Position numbers and translations under genes: made by a program
Virus record (IMG/VR): IMGVR_UViG_2974644787_000001
Location: 9,624-73,623 of that record
Strand: one strand, 5' to 3'
Source: a virus
Taxonomy: Duplodnaviria > Caudoviricetes
DNA: 64,000 bases
In this document: in pieces, positions 10,377 through 18,985 of the stretch
How the letters are laid out: every line of letters begins with the position of its first letter
Numbering within the stretch: position 1 is the first letter of the stretch
Notes under the pieces: model-generated
Told to the model about the DNA's origin: nothing
Database searches by the model: none
Seen by the model: the letters and a program-made list of their open reading frames with translations, nothing else

Positions 10377-10705
10377 TACCTAAATCTCACACTGGGATTT
10401 AGGAACGGACAAGACATTGGCACGGTTTCAACCCGTGGTGGGTGGTGGGTGGCGAGTGGTTCCTTTCGCAAGGTGGCGGAAAATACAGACGCGGTGGGCG
10501 CGGAAAGACTCTCCCCCATGGCTCCGAGCAGAAGGCTGACTGAGAGATGTAGGCTGGGTAATCGGGATGAAGGTGTGAACCCTTCCCTTGTGAGTATTGA
10601 AACCATTTAAAAGAATTTACTGAGCCGTAGGCGGTCGGAATTCGAGGGTAGTTACTCGAAGTCCAAGAGTGTTTCAAGGAACTACCTTTGGAACGCGACT
10701 TGCGG
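10377..10705 (+). ncRNA. candidate structured non-coding RNA or long cis-regulatory leader
   Basis: Intergenic, GC-rich (73/120 G+C at 10441-10560 by hand count), G>C skew, several hairpins (CCTAAATCTC/GGGATTTAGG, CACGG/CCGTG, CTCTC/GAGAG, GAAGG/CCTTC, TTCGAG/CTCGAA). Confidence 0.45.
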
Positions 10706-10731
10706 AAATTTTCAAAACAAGGACAAGAATC

Positions 10732-11223
10732 GTGAGCAATAAATTTCAACAAAAAAGAGCCAAACAAGTTATTGGGAAAGAGCGGGTGGAGTTACTCACA
10801 TTTACGCATAGATTCTATCTTCATTACATGAATCCAATTCATCGATGGATAGTTCTTGCTTTGTTTAAATTATCTGTGAAAGCGAATCTTAGAAAGAAGC
10901 CTAGACTCTCTGAATTTTTACAGTTTCTTTCTCAGTTTATCCAAGCTTTTGCGGGATACTCAGTGACTCATGTTTCCAATGTTCCTCCGAAAATAGATAT
11001 CTACTCAATGGGGATAAGGATTGGCCTCGCAAATTTCTTCTGGAAAAGACGATGGCTATTAATGTGTAAAATATTCCTTTTGGGAAAAGATCCAGATTTT
11101 ATCGATTCTATGAAGCGGTTAATTGTCTCAAATTATCGAGAAGGTCTGAATTTGCCTGAGCCAACTGCAAACGAAGTAAATCGGGGTTCGGCTCGACAGG
11201 TTTTGCCCTTGAAGCAGGTGTAA
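10732..11223 (+). CDS. basic hypothetical protein (moron)
   Basis: Part of ORF 10669..11223; GTG at 10732 has an AAGGA SD 8 nt upstream; 163 aa. Confidence 0.5.
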   Translation: MSNKFQQKRAKQVIGKERVELLTFTHRFYLHYMNPIHRWIVLALFKLSVKANLRKKPRLSEFLQFLSQFIQAFAGYSVTHVSNVPPKIDIYSMGIRIGLANFFWKRRWLLMCKIFLLGKDPDFIDSMKRLIVSNYREGLNLPEPTANEVNRGSARQVLPLKQV

Positions 11224-11500
11224 GAATTTTATATATATCACGGTGTCTTGTATAGATACCGTTGATAATACCTATAGTAAGTTTCTTTTGAGCATGTGTT
11301 AGATATATTGATTTAGTTCGGATATCTCTCAGCTTTCTCACTTCTGATAAAAAAATCCTTATCTTCCCTTGAGAAAACAATTCAAGTAATCTATCGATTG
11401 ATGCGTGAATTATAATGAATTCAGCAGTTGGAATATTTGGATCAAAATTCTCTTCTTCATGTACCACAATAATCCGATAATACGAGACATAAAAAAACAT
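11108..11500 (-). CDS. hypothetical protein (uncertain)
   Basis: 130-aa ORF, no clear SD, overlaps the 3' end of the convergent ORF by about 115 nt. Confidence 0.3.
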   Translation of the reverse strand: MFFYVSYYRIIVVHEEENFDPNIPTAEFIIIHASIDRLLELFSQGKIRIFLSEVRKLRDIRTKSIYLTHAQKKLTIGIINGIYTRHRDIYKILTPASRAKPVEPNPDLLRLQLAQANSDLLDNLRQLTAS

Positions 11501-11520
11501 TCAAGTATTTCATTTTTTTC

Positions 11521-11558
11521 TTGCAAATTGCCGGTATTTCTTCCCTTGTCACTCCCTA
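11521..11558 (+). promoter_or_regulatory. putative late promoter copy 2 (leadered transcript of the capsid operon)
   Basis: TTGCAA(11521)-N19-TTGTCA(11546)-CTCCCT-A(11558); the downstream gene has its own GAGGT SD. Confidence 0.65.
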
Positions 11559-11589
11559 ATCAATACCTGCTCCGCTTATGCGAGGTAAA

Positions 11590-12378
11590 ATGTTAGCTAA
11601 TATAGATCAGAAAATTAATCAAGCCCAAGGAGAAGCTAGTAAAGAACTAGTTGTCACCTCTATCGAGAAGTCCTCTTTGTCGGTCAAAATTGGATCTAAA
11701 CCTTTCTATGTACGGGAAAGTGATACCGGAAGAAAGTTTTACTGGAATGGACTCAAGTTTATCGATTTAACAAATGATCCTGGTTTGCGTGCTTGCAATA
11801 CTTTGCGAATCGCGACTAATGTCGCTGATGCGGAAACCGTTGTAATTGGTTCAAGAATCTATGAATTTGATCGTGCAGAAAATGGTGTAGTATCTGGGAA
11901 CATTGCTGTAAAAGGACATGCGGATGATACACCTGGGAATGCAATTACTGCGCTTGTAGAAGCTATTAATTCAGATGCAATTTCAGAAGTAACGGCTATT
12001 AAAGTTTCAGCAAATGAAATGTTTGTTTATCACAAAGAACCTGGTAACAAGACTACCGCTACTTCAGAAACACTCATGGGAGCAAACAACGGCTGGGCAT
12101 CTGCAACGTTACTCAATGGTCGTGAACCCGGTAGTCAGTCGTATTCTGTGATTCGGCGCGTTCCTACTGCAGTTGAAGTCGCTTTAGGTGTAATGCATTT
12201 CTATTTCGATTATCCTCCTACTTTGGCTGATATTCGTGTTGTCGTGACTGCGACTCCAGGTGTTCCATTAGCATGGGACGGTGCAGTAACAATTACTGGG
12301 AATAGACTTACAATTGACAACACTGGCTCTGTTGATTGGTCAACAACCAACACGATCGTTCTTACGGTGGCAAAATAG
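11590..12378 (+). CDS. putative virion structural/decoration protein
   Basis: ATG 11590 preceded by GAGGT; beta-rich, T/A/G-rich 262 aa in the head module. Confidence 0.55.
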   Translation: MLANIDQKINQAQGEASKELVVTSIEKSSLSVKIGSKPFYVRESDTGRKFYWNGLKFIDLTNDPGLRACNTLRIATNVADAETVVIGSRIYEFDRAENGVVSGNIAVKGHADDTPGNAITALVEAINSDAISEVTAIKVSANEMFVYHKEPGNKTTATSETLMGANNGWASATLLNGREPGSQSYSVIRRVPTAVEVALGVMHFYFDYPPTLADIRVVVTATPGVPLAWDGAVTITGNRLTIDNTGSVDWSTTNTIVLTVAK

Positions 12379-12379
12379 C

Positions 12380-12685
12380 GTGAGAAAATTTCTAGCAGCT
12401 CAGGATATTGCAAGAGCTCCGTATGCAAACCATTTTACGGAGCCACATAACGCAACTATCGTAGCATTGAATGATCCTGAAAAAATCTACGTTATTACGG
12501 AAGTTCGTTCAAGTGGAGCATGGACCTGCGAATATACGAACTCCTCAGCTGATGGGAAGGTATATTCACGAAATGGGAATGGAATACAGTCTTTTGTCCC
12601 AAAAGCATTCACTGCCGAGAACTTGAAATTCGTGGGTGTCACTGAGGTTTCAGGTTATTATATTCCTGCTGGTAAAGTTTTTTAA
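12380..12685 (+). CDS. hypothetical virion-associated protein
   Basis: In-frame GTG just after the upstream stop (ORF track 12314..12685). Confidence 0.55.
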   Translation: MRKFLAAQDIARAPYANHFTEPHNATIVALNDPEKIYVITEVRSSGAWTCEYTNSSADGKVYSRNGNGIQSFVPKAFTAENLKFVGVTEVSGYYIPAGKVF

Positions 12686-13099
12686 ATGGCTGCTATACAA
12701 ATCAAGTCACAAGTCACTTTAGTTGAAGATTCTGGTGTGCAAGTCGTATTACCAGAAACTGTAACACAAAACGAATTCATCAAAGGTGCGCTTAGTGAGA
12801 CAATCATTATAGAAAATCCAGTTTCCAATACAATGGTTACTCCAGTGACAGTTTCACTCGAATCGTATCCAAATACTACATGCATAGTACTAAAAGCCGA
12901 GTATGCCGAAAATGATTTCCCAAATGGAATCAAAGCAGGTGATAGAGCCAAATTTCAATTCAGATTTGACGGGGGAAATTGGTGTGAAGCCTATTCCGTG
13001 ATTCTCGAAGGTTATAAGCCTGCTACGCCAGAAATAGAAATTAGAGCTCAAGGTGCTGCAAAAATTCTAGTAAAGAGGACTGTCAGTGCAACCGAATAA
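12686..13099 (+). CDS. hypothetical virion-associated protein
   Basis: 137 aa, abuts the upstream stop. Confidence 0.65.
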   Translation: MAAIQIKSQVTLVEDSGVQVVLPETVTQNEFIKGALSETIIIENPVSNTMVTPVTVSLESYPNTTCIVLKAEYAENDFPNGIKAGDRAKFQFRFDGGNWCEAYSVILEGYKPATPEIEIRAQGAAKILVKRTVSATE

Positions 13100-13919
13100 A
13101 CCTTATTGTTTTTTAAAATCTGCAACCGTTGAACAAGCTGAAATTGAAGGCAAGTTCATCAATATGCTTCTTAAAGTATCGACAGAGAAGCGTGATAAAG
13201 AAGGTGATATGTTCCTAAAAGGAGCTTGGACCCACAAAGAAGATGTTGAATACTTTCAAAAGAAAGGTGTGATTGATTGGAATCACTTATCACAAACTTC
13301 AAAATTTGCAAAGTCGAATAACCCGAAAGAAAAGGCCGAAAATGAATTGGTTAGCGCCGAAGCTATTATTGGTGTTCCAAGTGGTCGAGGGCTATTTTTT
13401 GGCGAAGATGGATTGTATTGTGAAGCCCGAATTAACGCAGAAAATAAATACATCAAACCATTCGTTCCATTACTCAAAGCTGGGTTTTCTGGATTGGAAG
13501 TTTCTGCTGCCGGTGGTGCATATCGTCCAAGCCCAGAAACAATTTCCAAGTATGGGGAAAAGACTTGGGATCGCGCGCGTCTTACTCACATTGCAATTTG
13601 CCCACCTGGTGAGGCAATCAATGATGAAACACAAGCTTTACTCATAAAGTCTCATCTCCCTTCGGAACTTGGATGGAAGGATGATGAGGAGCCAATATCA
13701 ACCAAGTTTAATATTGATCCTGTCGGTTCAGTGTTAGAATACATTTCCTCTTCACCTGACTACAATCAATGGGTTGCAAACAGACTAGTTGGTGCAATCG
13801 ATTCTGGTCTTCTCCAAAAGGATTACCAAGCGATTTTTGAATTCGTTAAAAATCATGGTCTATCGGTAGAGAAGGCAAAACAATACGCAATTAAACTACT
13901 ACAGGCTATGGAGGTCTGA
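13086..13919 (+). CDS. prohead (capsid maturation) protease
   Basis: VSTEKRDKEGD...GVIDWNH...GLEVSAAGG...LTHIAIC..AINDET pattern of HK97-fold head proteases; directly upstream of scaffold and capsid genes. Confidence 0.75.
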   Translation: MQPNKPYCFLKSATVEQAEIEGKFINMLLKVSTEKRDKEGDMFLKGAWTHKEDVEYFQKKGVIDWNHLSQTSKFAKSNNPKEKAENELVSAEAIIGVPSGRGLFFGEDGLYCEARINAENKYIKPFVPLLKAGFSGLEVSAAGGAYRPSPETISKYGEKTWDRARLTHIAICPPGEAINDETQALLIKSHLPSELGWKDDEEPISTKFNIDPVGSVLEYISSSPDYNQWVANRLVGAIDSGLLQKDYQAIFEFVKNHGLSVEKAKQYAIKLLQAMEV

Positions 13920-13920
13920 A

Positions 13921-14652
13921 ATGAATAAGGATTGGCAGAAACAGTTTATGGGACTTGTCTCCTCGTTTACCAAATCCAGTACAGGAGCAGAGGATACACC
14001 GCCACCTCCTAGTGCTGAAGATGGTGGAACAGAAGCAGGTGAGGGAATCTCTGATGAATTTTTAGATAAATTGAAGTCAGCGATTGAATCAGGTGAGGTT
14101 GCAGTCGAAGAATCGGCAATCCAGGCTTACTGTAAAACAAATGGAATTTCTGATGAAGACAGTGCAGAAATTTGGGGAATTATCTCTGAAGGTTTGGGTG
14201 ATGATGGTGGTGAAGAGCCCGCATCTGAGCCTAATCCAGATAGTGATATCCAGAAAGGTGGGAACAAGGGTATGGACCCTGACTTTGTGGCTTTTGCAAA
14301 ATCAGCAGCATTGGCTGTTAAAAGCGCAGAGACTCATGAAATGGCTATCGCTTCATTAATCGAAGAGAATGCTGCAATCGCAAAAGAAAACCAAGAAATC
14401 AAAAAGGAAATCACATTCCTGAAATCAGAACTCGGGAAAATATTAAAACAACCGGTTGATTCAAAGAAACCTGTTATTGATACTTCCGGGATCCCTGCGC
14501 AATACGGAAGAGCTGAAATTATTCAGCGAATTTCCAAAGGTGTCCAGGATAAAAAATTAGCTCTCGGTGACTTGCAGACGTTCAAATCGTCCGGCCGTCA
14601 AACTGAGGCTGTTGTGGAATTTTTAAAAAGTTCATCCAAAGGGGGAAACTAA
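13921..14652 (+). CDS. putative scaffold protein
   Basis: Acidic, coiled-coil segment, located between protease and major capsid gene. Confidence 0.55.
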   Translation: MNKDWQKQFMGLVSSFTKSSTGAEDTPPPPSAEDGGTEAGEGISDEFLDKLKSAIESGEVAVEESAIQAYCKTNGISDEDSAEIWGIISEGLGDDGGEEPASEPNPDSDIQKGGNKGMDPDFVAFAKSAALAVKSAETHEMAIASLIEENAAIAKENQEIKKEITFLKSELGKILKQPVDSKKPVIDTSGIPAQYGRAEIIQRISKGVQDKKLALGDLQTFKSSGRQTEAVVEFLKSSSKGGN

Positions 14653-16205
14653 TGAAACTCAACTTAAAATTCACTTTGATTGGTGTTGTTTCAACAATTC
14701 TCTTCTGCATTGGCCTCCTCCATCTTGGAGGCACTGAGACTGTTATGCTCGGGTTATTAACCCCGTCATTCGGTTCGCTAGAAGAAATCAGAAACTTCAT
14801 GAAGTCATTTAACGCAAATAGCGACGGTATCACCGACGTTACTGCTCTCACAAATGGTGCTGCAACTACTATGCACAATTTGGACGAAGAGATGGTTCTC
14901 TTAGCACAGGATTCAGACGAATATAACTTCCTGAATACAATGTTCTATCGAGATACCAAATCGACTCTAAACGTGTTTGGTCAAATTCTCGATTGGGGTG
15001 GCAATGGCGACTTCTCATTCGTAGGTGAAGTAGACGATGCAGAATTCAAAGATGTTTCCATTAAAAGAATCTCTAAAACCGTTTCTTTCCTCGCGGAAGG
15101 TTATGCAGTATCTAAGGTTTTGGATATCCAAGACACAGGTTCTTATGATCCAGAAGCAATCCAAGTTCAAGGTGCGATTAACCGAATCATGCAAACTCTC
15201 GCTTATGGTGCCTGGTATGCTGAGAAGGCTATCAATCCACTTGAATTCGATGGTTTTGTAACTGAACTAAAGAATGCTGGTCAAGTTTATGATGCTCGCG
15301 GTGGTTTTCCAGAAATTAAAATCATCAAAGAATTAGCTGTGAATATCAGAACAAACTTCGGTATGGTTAACGAATTTTGGCTCCACGATGGTGTTAAAAA
15401 CGTATTGGATACATACTACACTGAATCCAAAGAATTTTTTACCCAACCGAATAACGGATCTATGGCAGACGTTGGATACAATATCCCAGGTTTAGTTGGT
15501 GCTCCACTCAAAGATAAAAGATTGGAATTCAAAACTGACCTTTGGATGAACCGTCATCTAGTTGAATTGCCAACTTACAGAGACGCCAACGGGAACAAAG
15601 TATCGGGGAAAACAAATTCTCTCGCTCCAGATGCACCTAGTATCGCATTAGCAGTTTCTGGTGGTTCGGTTTTAGGTTCTCAGTGGCTTCCAAAAGATAC
15701 AAAAAATTCATCTGGTGCTGATGCCGGTGTAAGTTATCGAGTGGTTGCATGTAACAAATCGGGTCGTTCTGCTCCTAGTGCGATTGTAACTTCGACTGCA
15801 ATGAGTGTAGGAAAATCGATCACTGTAACCATTACACCTGCTGGAAGTGGATACGCGGCGACTTATTTCCAAATTTTCCGTGAGACTTTCCCTGGCTCTG
15901 GTGACTTCCGATTGACAGAAAGAATCGTGAAATCTGCAAACCCTACAACTGTGTATGTTGATCTCAATGCTTGGCGCCCAGGTTGTACTGAAGGTGTTGT
16001 TGGTGATTTCAATTCAAGATCTGCTCTCGACCAAAAACGAACCTACCAAATGTTACGTATGTTGCCTTTGTTACAAACCAAGTTCTCACCGAACGCAGTT
16101 TATCAAAGAAAACTAGCAGGTATGGTTGAATGGTATGGTGGTCTTGCGGTTTTACAACCAAAGAGATTCTATTTAATTAAGAACTTACCTACTACACTCG
16201 TATAG
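14652..16205 (+). CDS. major capsid protein (A511/K-like) with hydrophobic N-terminal leader
   Basis: MKSF-NANSDGITDVTALTNGAA...LDEEMVLL...LEFDGF...YDARG aligns by eye with Herelleviridae-type Cps; strong AGGGGG SD at 14652. Confidence 0.85.
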   Translation: MKLNLKFTLIGVVSTILFCIGLLHLGGTETVMLGLLTPSFGSLEEIRNFMKSFNANSDGITDVTALTNGAATTMHNLDEEMVLLAQDSDEYNFLNTMFYRDTKSTLNVFGQILDWGGNGDFSFVGEVDDAEFKDVSIKRISKTVSFLAEGYAVSKVLDIQDTGSYDPEAIQVQGAINRIMQTLAYGAWYAEKAINPLEFDGFVTELKNAGQVYDARGGFPEIKIIKELAVNIRTNFGMVNEFWLHDGVKNVLDTYYTESKEFFTQPNNGSMADVGYNIPGLVGAPLKDKRLEFKTDLWMNRHLVELPTYRDANGNKVSGKTNSLAPDAPSIALAVSGGSVLGSQWLPKDTKNSSGADAGVSYRVVACNKSGRSAPSAIVTSTAMSVGKSITVTITPAGSGYAATYFQIFRETFPGSGDFRLTERIVKSANPTTVYVDLNAWRPGCTEGVVGDFNSRSALDQKRTYQMLRMLPLLQTKFSPNAVYQRKLAGMVEWYGGLAVLQPKRFYLIKNLPTTLV

Positions 16206-16215
16206 GTTTGGAACT

Positions 16216-16246
16216 AAGAGACAGGGTTTTGGCCCTGTCTTTTCAT
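16216..16246 (+). terminator. intrinsic terminator after the capsid gene
   Basis: AGACAGGG-TTTTGG-CCCTGTCT followed by TTTCATT. Confidence 0.7.
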
Positions 16247-16254
16247 TAAACACA

Positions 16255-18912
16255 ATGCTCACTGCCAATAGCGAAGGAAATACAGATGTTGGAAATTTAA
16301 CCGGTGGAGCAGCACTTCAGAAAGATCCATTTTCTCGGTCTACCCGTGGGAAAAGTTTCAAAAAATACATAAAATCCTTAAAAGGTAAATTTTTCCAAAA
16401 ATCGTTGCAAAAGAAAATAGTCTGCATTGATTTTGATGGTGTAATAAACTCTTATAAGTCAGGATGGCAAGGCTTTTCAATTTTACCAGATCCTCCTGTC
16501 AACGGTGCGATAGAGTTCCTATTTAATCTTTTCCATTCGGGAGAATTTGAAATTGTAATTTTTTCTTCCAGATGTGCAAAACCTGAAGGCGTTCAAGCAA
16601 TTAAAGAATACCTCGATCATCATGAAAAAGAATATCGTGATTTTCTTTATGACCAAAAAGGTGGGAGTCCTAAAACTCATTATCTCTCACGTACTTCGAA
16701 ATTTACCGATAAAAAGATTCCAGCTCATTTATATATAGATGATAGATCTCTAAATTTCAATGGCATTGCATTCCCATCTCTTGATGAAGTAAGAAATTTT
16801 AAGTCTTGGGTAGATTCTGGTGAATTCCAAAAATCAGTTTTAAAAATCTCTAAGGATGAATTCCATCCAAATCCAACTCACGCACAAAAAGAAGCAGGCA
16901 ACTACAAGAAAGCCCATGTAAAAGTCCAAGGCTTTGATATTTCCGTGGAAAACCCAAAGGGATCCTATAGAAGAGGAAAAGATTCCGATGGCAAAGAGTG
17001 GAAAAATAAAATGGTCCATCATTACGGCTATTTCAAAAGAACATTGGGAAAAGACGGAGACCATATCGATTGTTTCATTGGACCAAATACAAATTCAGAA
17101 CTCGTTTTTATCATTAACCAAATCAAGCCTTCATCTGGTGTTTTCGATGAGCATAAAGTTATGCTAGGTTTTGATTCTTTGGAAGATGCAAGAGAAGGTT
17201 ATTTAGTAAACTATACTCCCGGCTGGAAAGGATTAGGTGAGATAAAATCAATGACCGTGGACCAATTCAAAACCTGGCTAGAGAAAGCTGATACAACTAA
17301 GAAAGCGAAATCCGTAATTATTAAATCCTCAATAAAAAACTTATTCTTAAAAAGTAATAAAGCACAGGTAGGCGAAACTCGTACTTGGGCTGATGGGAAA
17401 CGACATCGTAAAACTGACAAAGGTTGGGTAGAAGTATCCGGCAATAATCAGGCCACTCCTCCTCTTAATGAATTGAATGAAAAACGAAAACCAAATGTAG
17501 ATTCAAATTCTGGTCAAAATAAAACATACGAACAGAAAGCTATTGAGGCAATCGAAAGATGGAAGGAGTTCGAGCAACTTGCGAAAGAAAGGAACAAGCA
17601 GAGAATTTCGAAAATGAAGCCCGAGAAAAGAAACGAGGCATTTGATATTAAGAATGCCGAACCAGGCGATATCGTTAGAATTGAGAGACCAATAGATGGG
17701 CGGGTAAATCGAGGCCATCTAGCGAAAGTTTTGGATAAAATTGATGGGCACCTAAAAGTGATGCTCCCTTCAGGAAGTATTTTTCTATTTTTGGCTGCAG
17801 ATCTAGCTTTCGCAAAATCGAGTAAAACGCATTTCATGCAAAAATTCTTCCCATTCATAAAAGGGAAACTTGCTCAGGTTGGTGAAATTAGAACATGGTC
17901 CGATGGGAATAAATACCGAAAAGAATCGAATGGATGGCGAATGATTGGTGAGAGTGAGAACAAGGCTGCACACCAAACAACATCAAAGGAAGCCTCAAAA
18001 AAAGCCGGTATGTCCAAAGAAGAACATTCGCAGGCAACAGAAAAAGCCATGCAAGACGGGGTTAAAATTCCAGTTAAAGTTTTAAGGGAGTACCCTACAC
18101 TTCTTGAAAAATATCCAAAATATAAGGAAAGAGTCAGTGCTATAGATTCTCTTTCTAAAGGGATGAAAAAAGGAGAGAAAATTGGGAACCAATTGGAAGT
18201 ATCTTCTGATTCACTAAAACAAGGGAAAATTCCTGATGCAATCAAATCGATTGATTTAATGAAATCTAATGGGAATCGATTAGAAAAATCCGGTGATCCA
18301 AAAATCCAAGCAGCTGAAAAGTTAAATAACCTAAAGTCTCCAGAAGGTAAACTTAAAGTTGCAGTTAAAAAAATAAAATCAGAAGCCAAACTTAAACTCA
18401 CCTCAAAAGAGCAGAAGAAAGTGGATGATTTTGAAAACAGAAACCTTGCAACTGAAGCTATTATGGTTTATGCAAACAAACTGAAAAACAAAAAGTATTT
18501 GTTTGCACTAAAGGAAAACAGAAAAAAGCATCTTAAGCTCGGCCATCTTAGCAATGAACTCAAGAAAGAGAGAGATGACATTTTCCATGAAGTCATGCGA
18601 GAATTTAAATCGGATTCTGAAAGACTTGGGAAAATTAATAAACCTGAAACTCTGACAGATTCACAAATTTATGAAAACGTAAGGGATGCTTCCCTACTCG
18701 ATCCTAAGAAACTACAGAGAAATGTATCTCTCATTGATATACAAATTGCGATGGCAGAGAAGCAAGGAAAAGCCAATGCAATTCGAAAATTAGAAGTCAA
18801 GGGAACGATGTATCGAGTCGCTCAGCTCTTTCAAAGCGATAAATCTATGACTAAAGATGATGTTGCCTCTCTTGTAAGACATGGAGCGGAGTTGCCAGAC
18901 CAGAGACCATAG
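16255..18912 (+). CDS. polyvalent internal-head protein: HAD-family phosphatase + inorganic pyrophosphatase-like domain + repeats
   Basis: HAD motif CIDFDGVI...IFSSR...YIDDR; pyrophosphatase-like GNYKKAH...ENPKGS.R...HYGYFKRT.G.DGDHIDCF...DEHKVMLGF; two AQVGE.RTW.DG...K...GW repeats. Confidence 0.75.
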   Translation: MLTANSEGNTDVGNLTGGAALQKDPFSRSTRGKSFKKYIKSLKGKFFQKSLQKKIVCIDFDGVINSYKSGWQGFSILPDPPVNGAIEFLFNLFHSGEFEIVIFSSRCAKPEGVQAIKEYLDHHEKEYRDFLYDQKGGSPKTHYLSRTSKFTDKKIPAHLYIDDRSLNFNGIAFPSLDEVRNFKSWVDSGEFQKSVLKISKDEFHPNPTHAQKEAGNYKKAHVKVQGFDISVENPKGSYRRGKDSDGKEWKNKMVHHYGYFKRTLGKDGDHIDCFIGPNTNSELVFIINQIKPSSGVFDEHKVMLGFDSLEDAREGYLVNYTPGWKGLGEIKSMTVDQFKTWLEKADTTKKAKSVIIKSSIKNLFLKSNKAQVGETRTWADGKRHRKTDKGWVEVSGNNQATPPLNELNEKRKPNVDSNSGQNKTYEQKAIEAIERWKEFEQLAKERNKQRISKMKPEKRNEAFDIKNAEPGDIVRIERPIDGRVNRGHLAKVLDKIDGHLKVMLPSGSIFLFLAADLAFAKSSKTHFMQKFFPFIKGKLAQVGEIRTWSDGNKYRKESNGWRMIGESENKAAHQTTSKEASKKAGMSKEEHSQATEKAMQDGVKIPVKVLREYPTLLEKYPKYKERVSAIDSLSKGMKKGEKIGNQLEVSSDSLKQGKIPDAIKSIDLMKSNGNRLEKSGDPKIQAAEKLNNLKSPEGKLKVAVKKIKSEAKLKLTSKEQKKVDDFENRNLATEAIMVYANKLKNKKYLFALKENRKKHLKLGHLSNELKKERDDIFHEVMREFKSDSERLGKINKPETLTDSQIYENVRDASLLDPKKLQRNVSLIDIQIAMAEKQGKANAIRKLEVKGTMYRVAQLFQSDKSMTKDDVASLVRHGAELPDQRP

Positions 18913-18938
18913 CGAACTTTTTCCGCTATGGTCTTTCC
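18902..18938 (+). terminator. intrinsic terminator overlapping the stop codon
   Basis: Perfect 11-bp stem AGACCATAGCG/CGCTATGGTCT (18904-18934), then TTCC. Confidence 0.6.
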
Positions 18939-18947
18939 TGAAAAGAA

Positions 18948-18985
18948 TTGACTTCCATCGAGAACAATTCCCTTGTCCTTCCTCA
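18948..18985 (+). promoter_or_regulatory. putative late promoter copy 3
   Basis: TTGACT(18948)-N19-TTGTCC(18973)-TTCCTC-ATG(18985). Confidence 0.7.

Noticed and set aside
10583-10600. Partial late motif TTCCCTTGTG
   Set aside because: Lacks the TC(A/C)-pyrimidine tail and the TTG box 25 nt upstream.
10622-10660. GAGCCGTAGGCGG resembling the start of group II intron domain V
   Set aside because: The complementary 3' strand (ACGGTTC-like) and domain VI are absent, and there is no RT/maturase.
14652-14711. Lipoprotein signal in the capsid leader (ILFC)
   Set aside because: Phe at -1 does not fit a lipobox; treated as a TM/signal-like segment instead.
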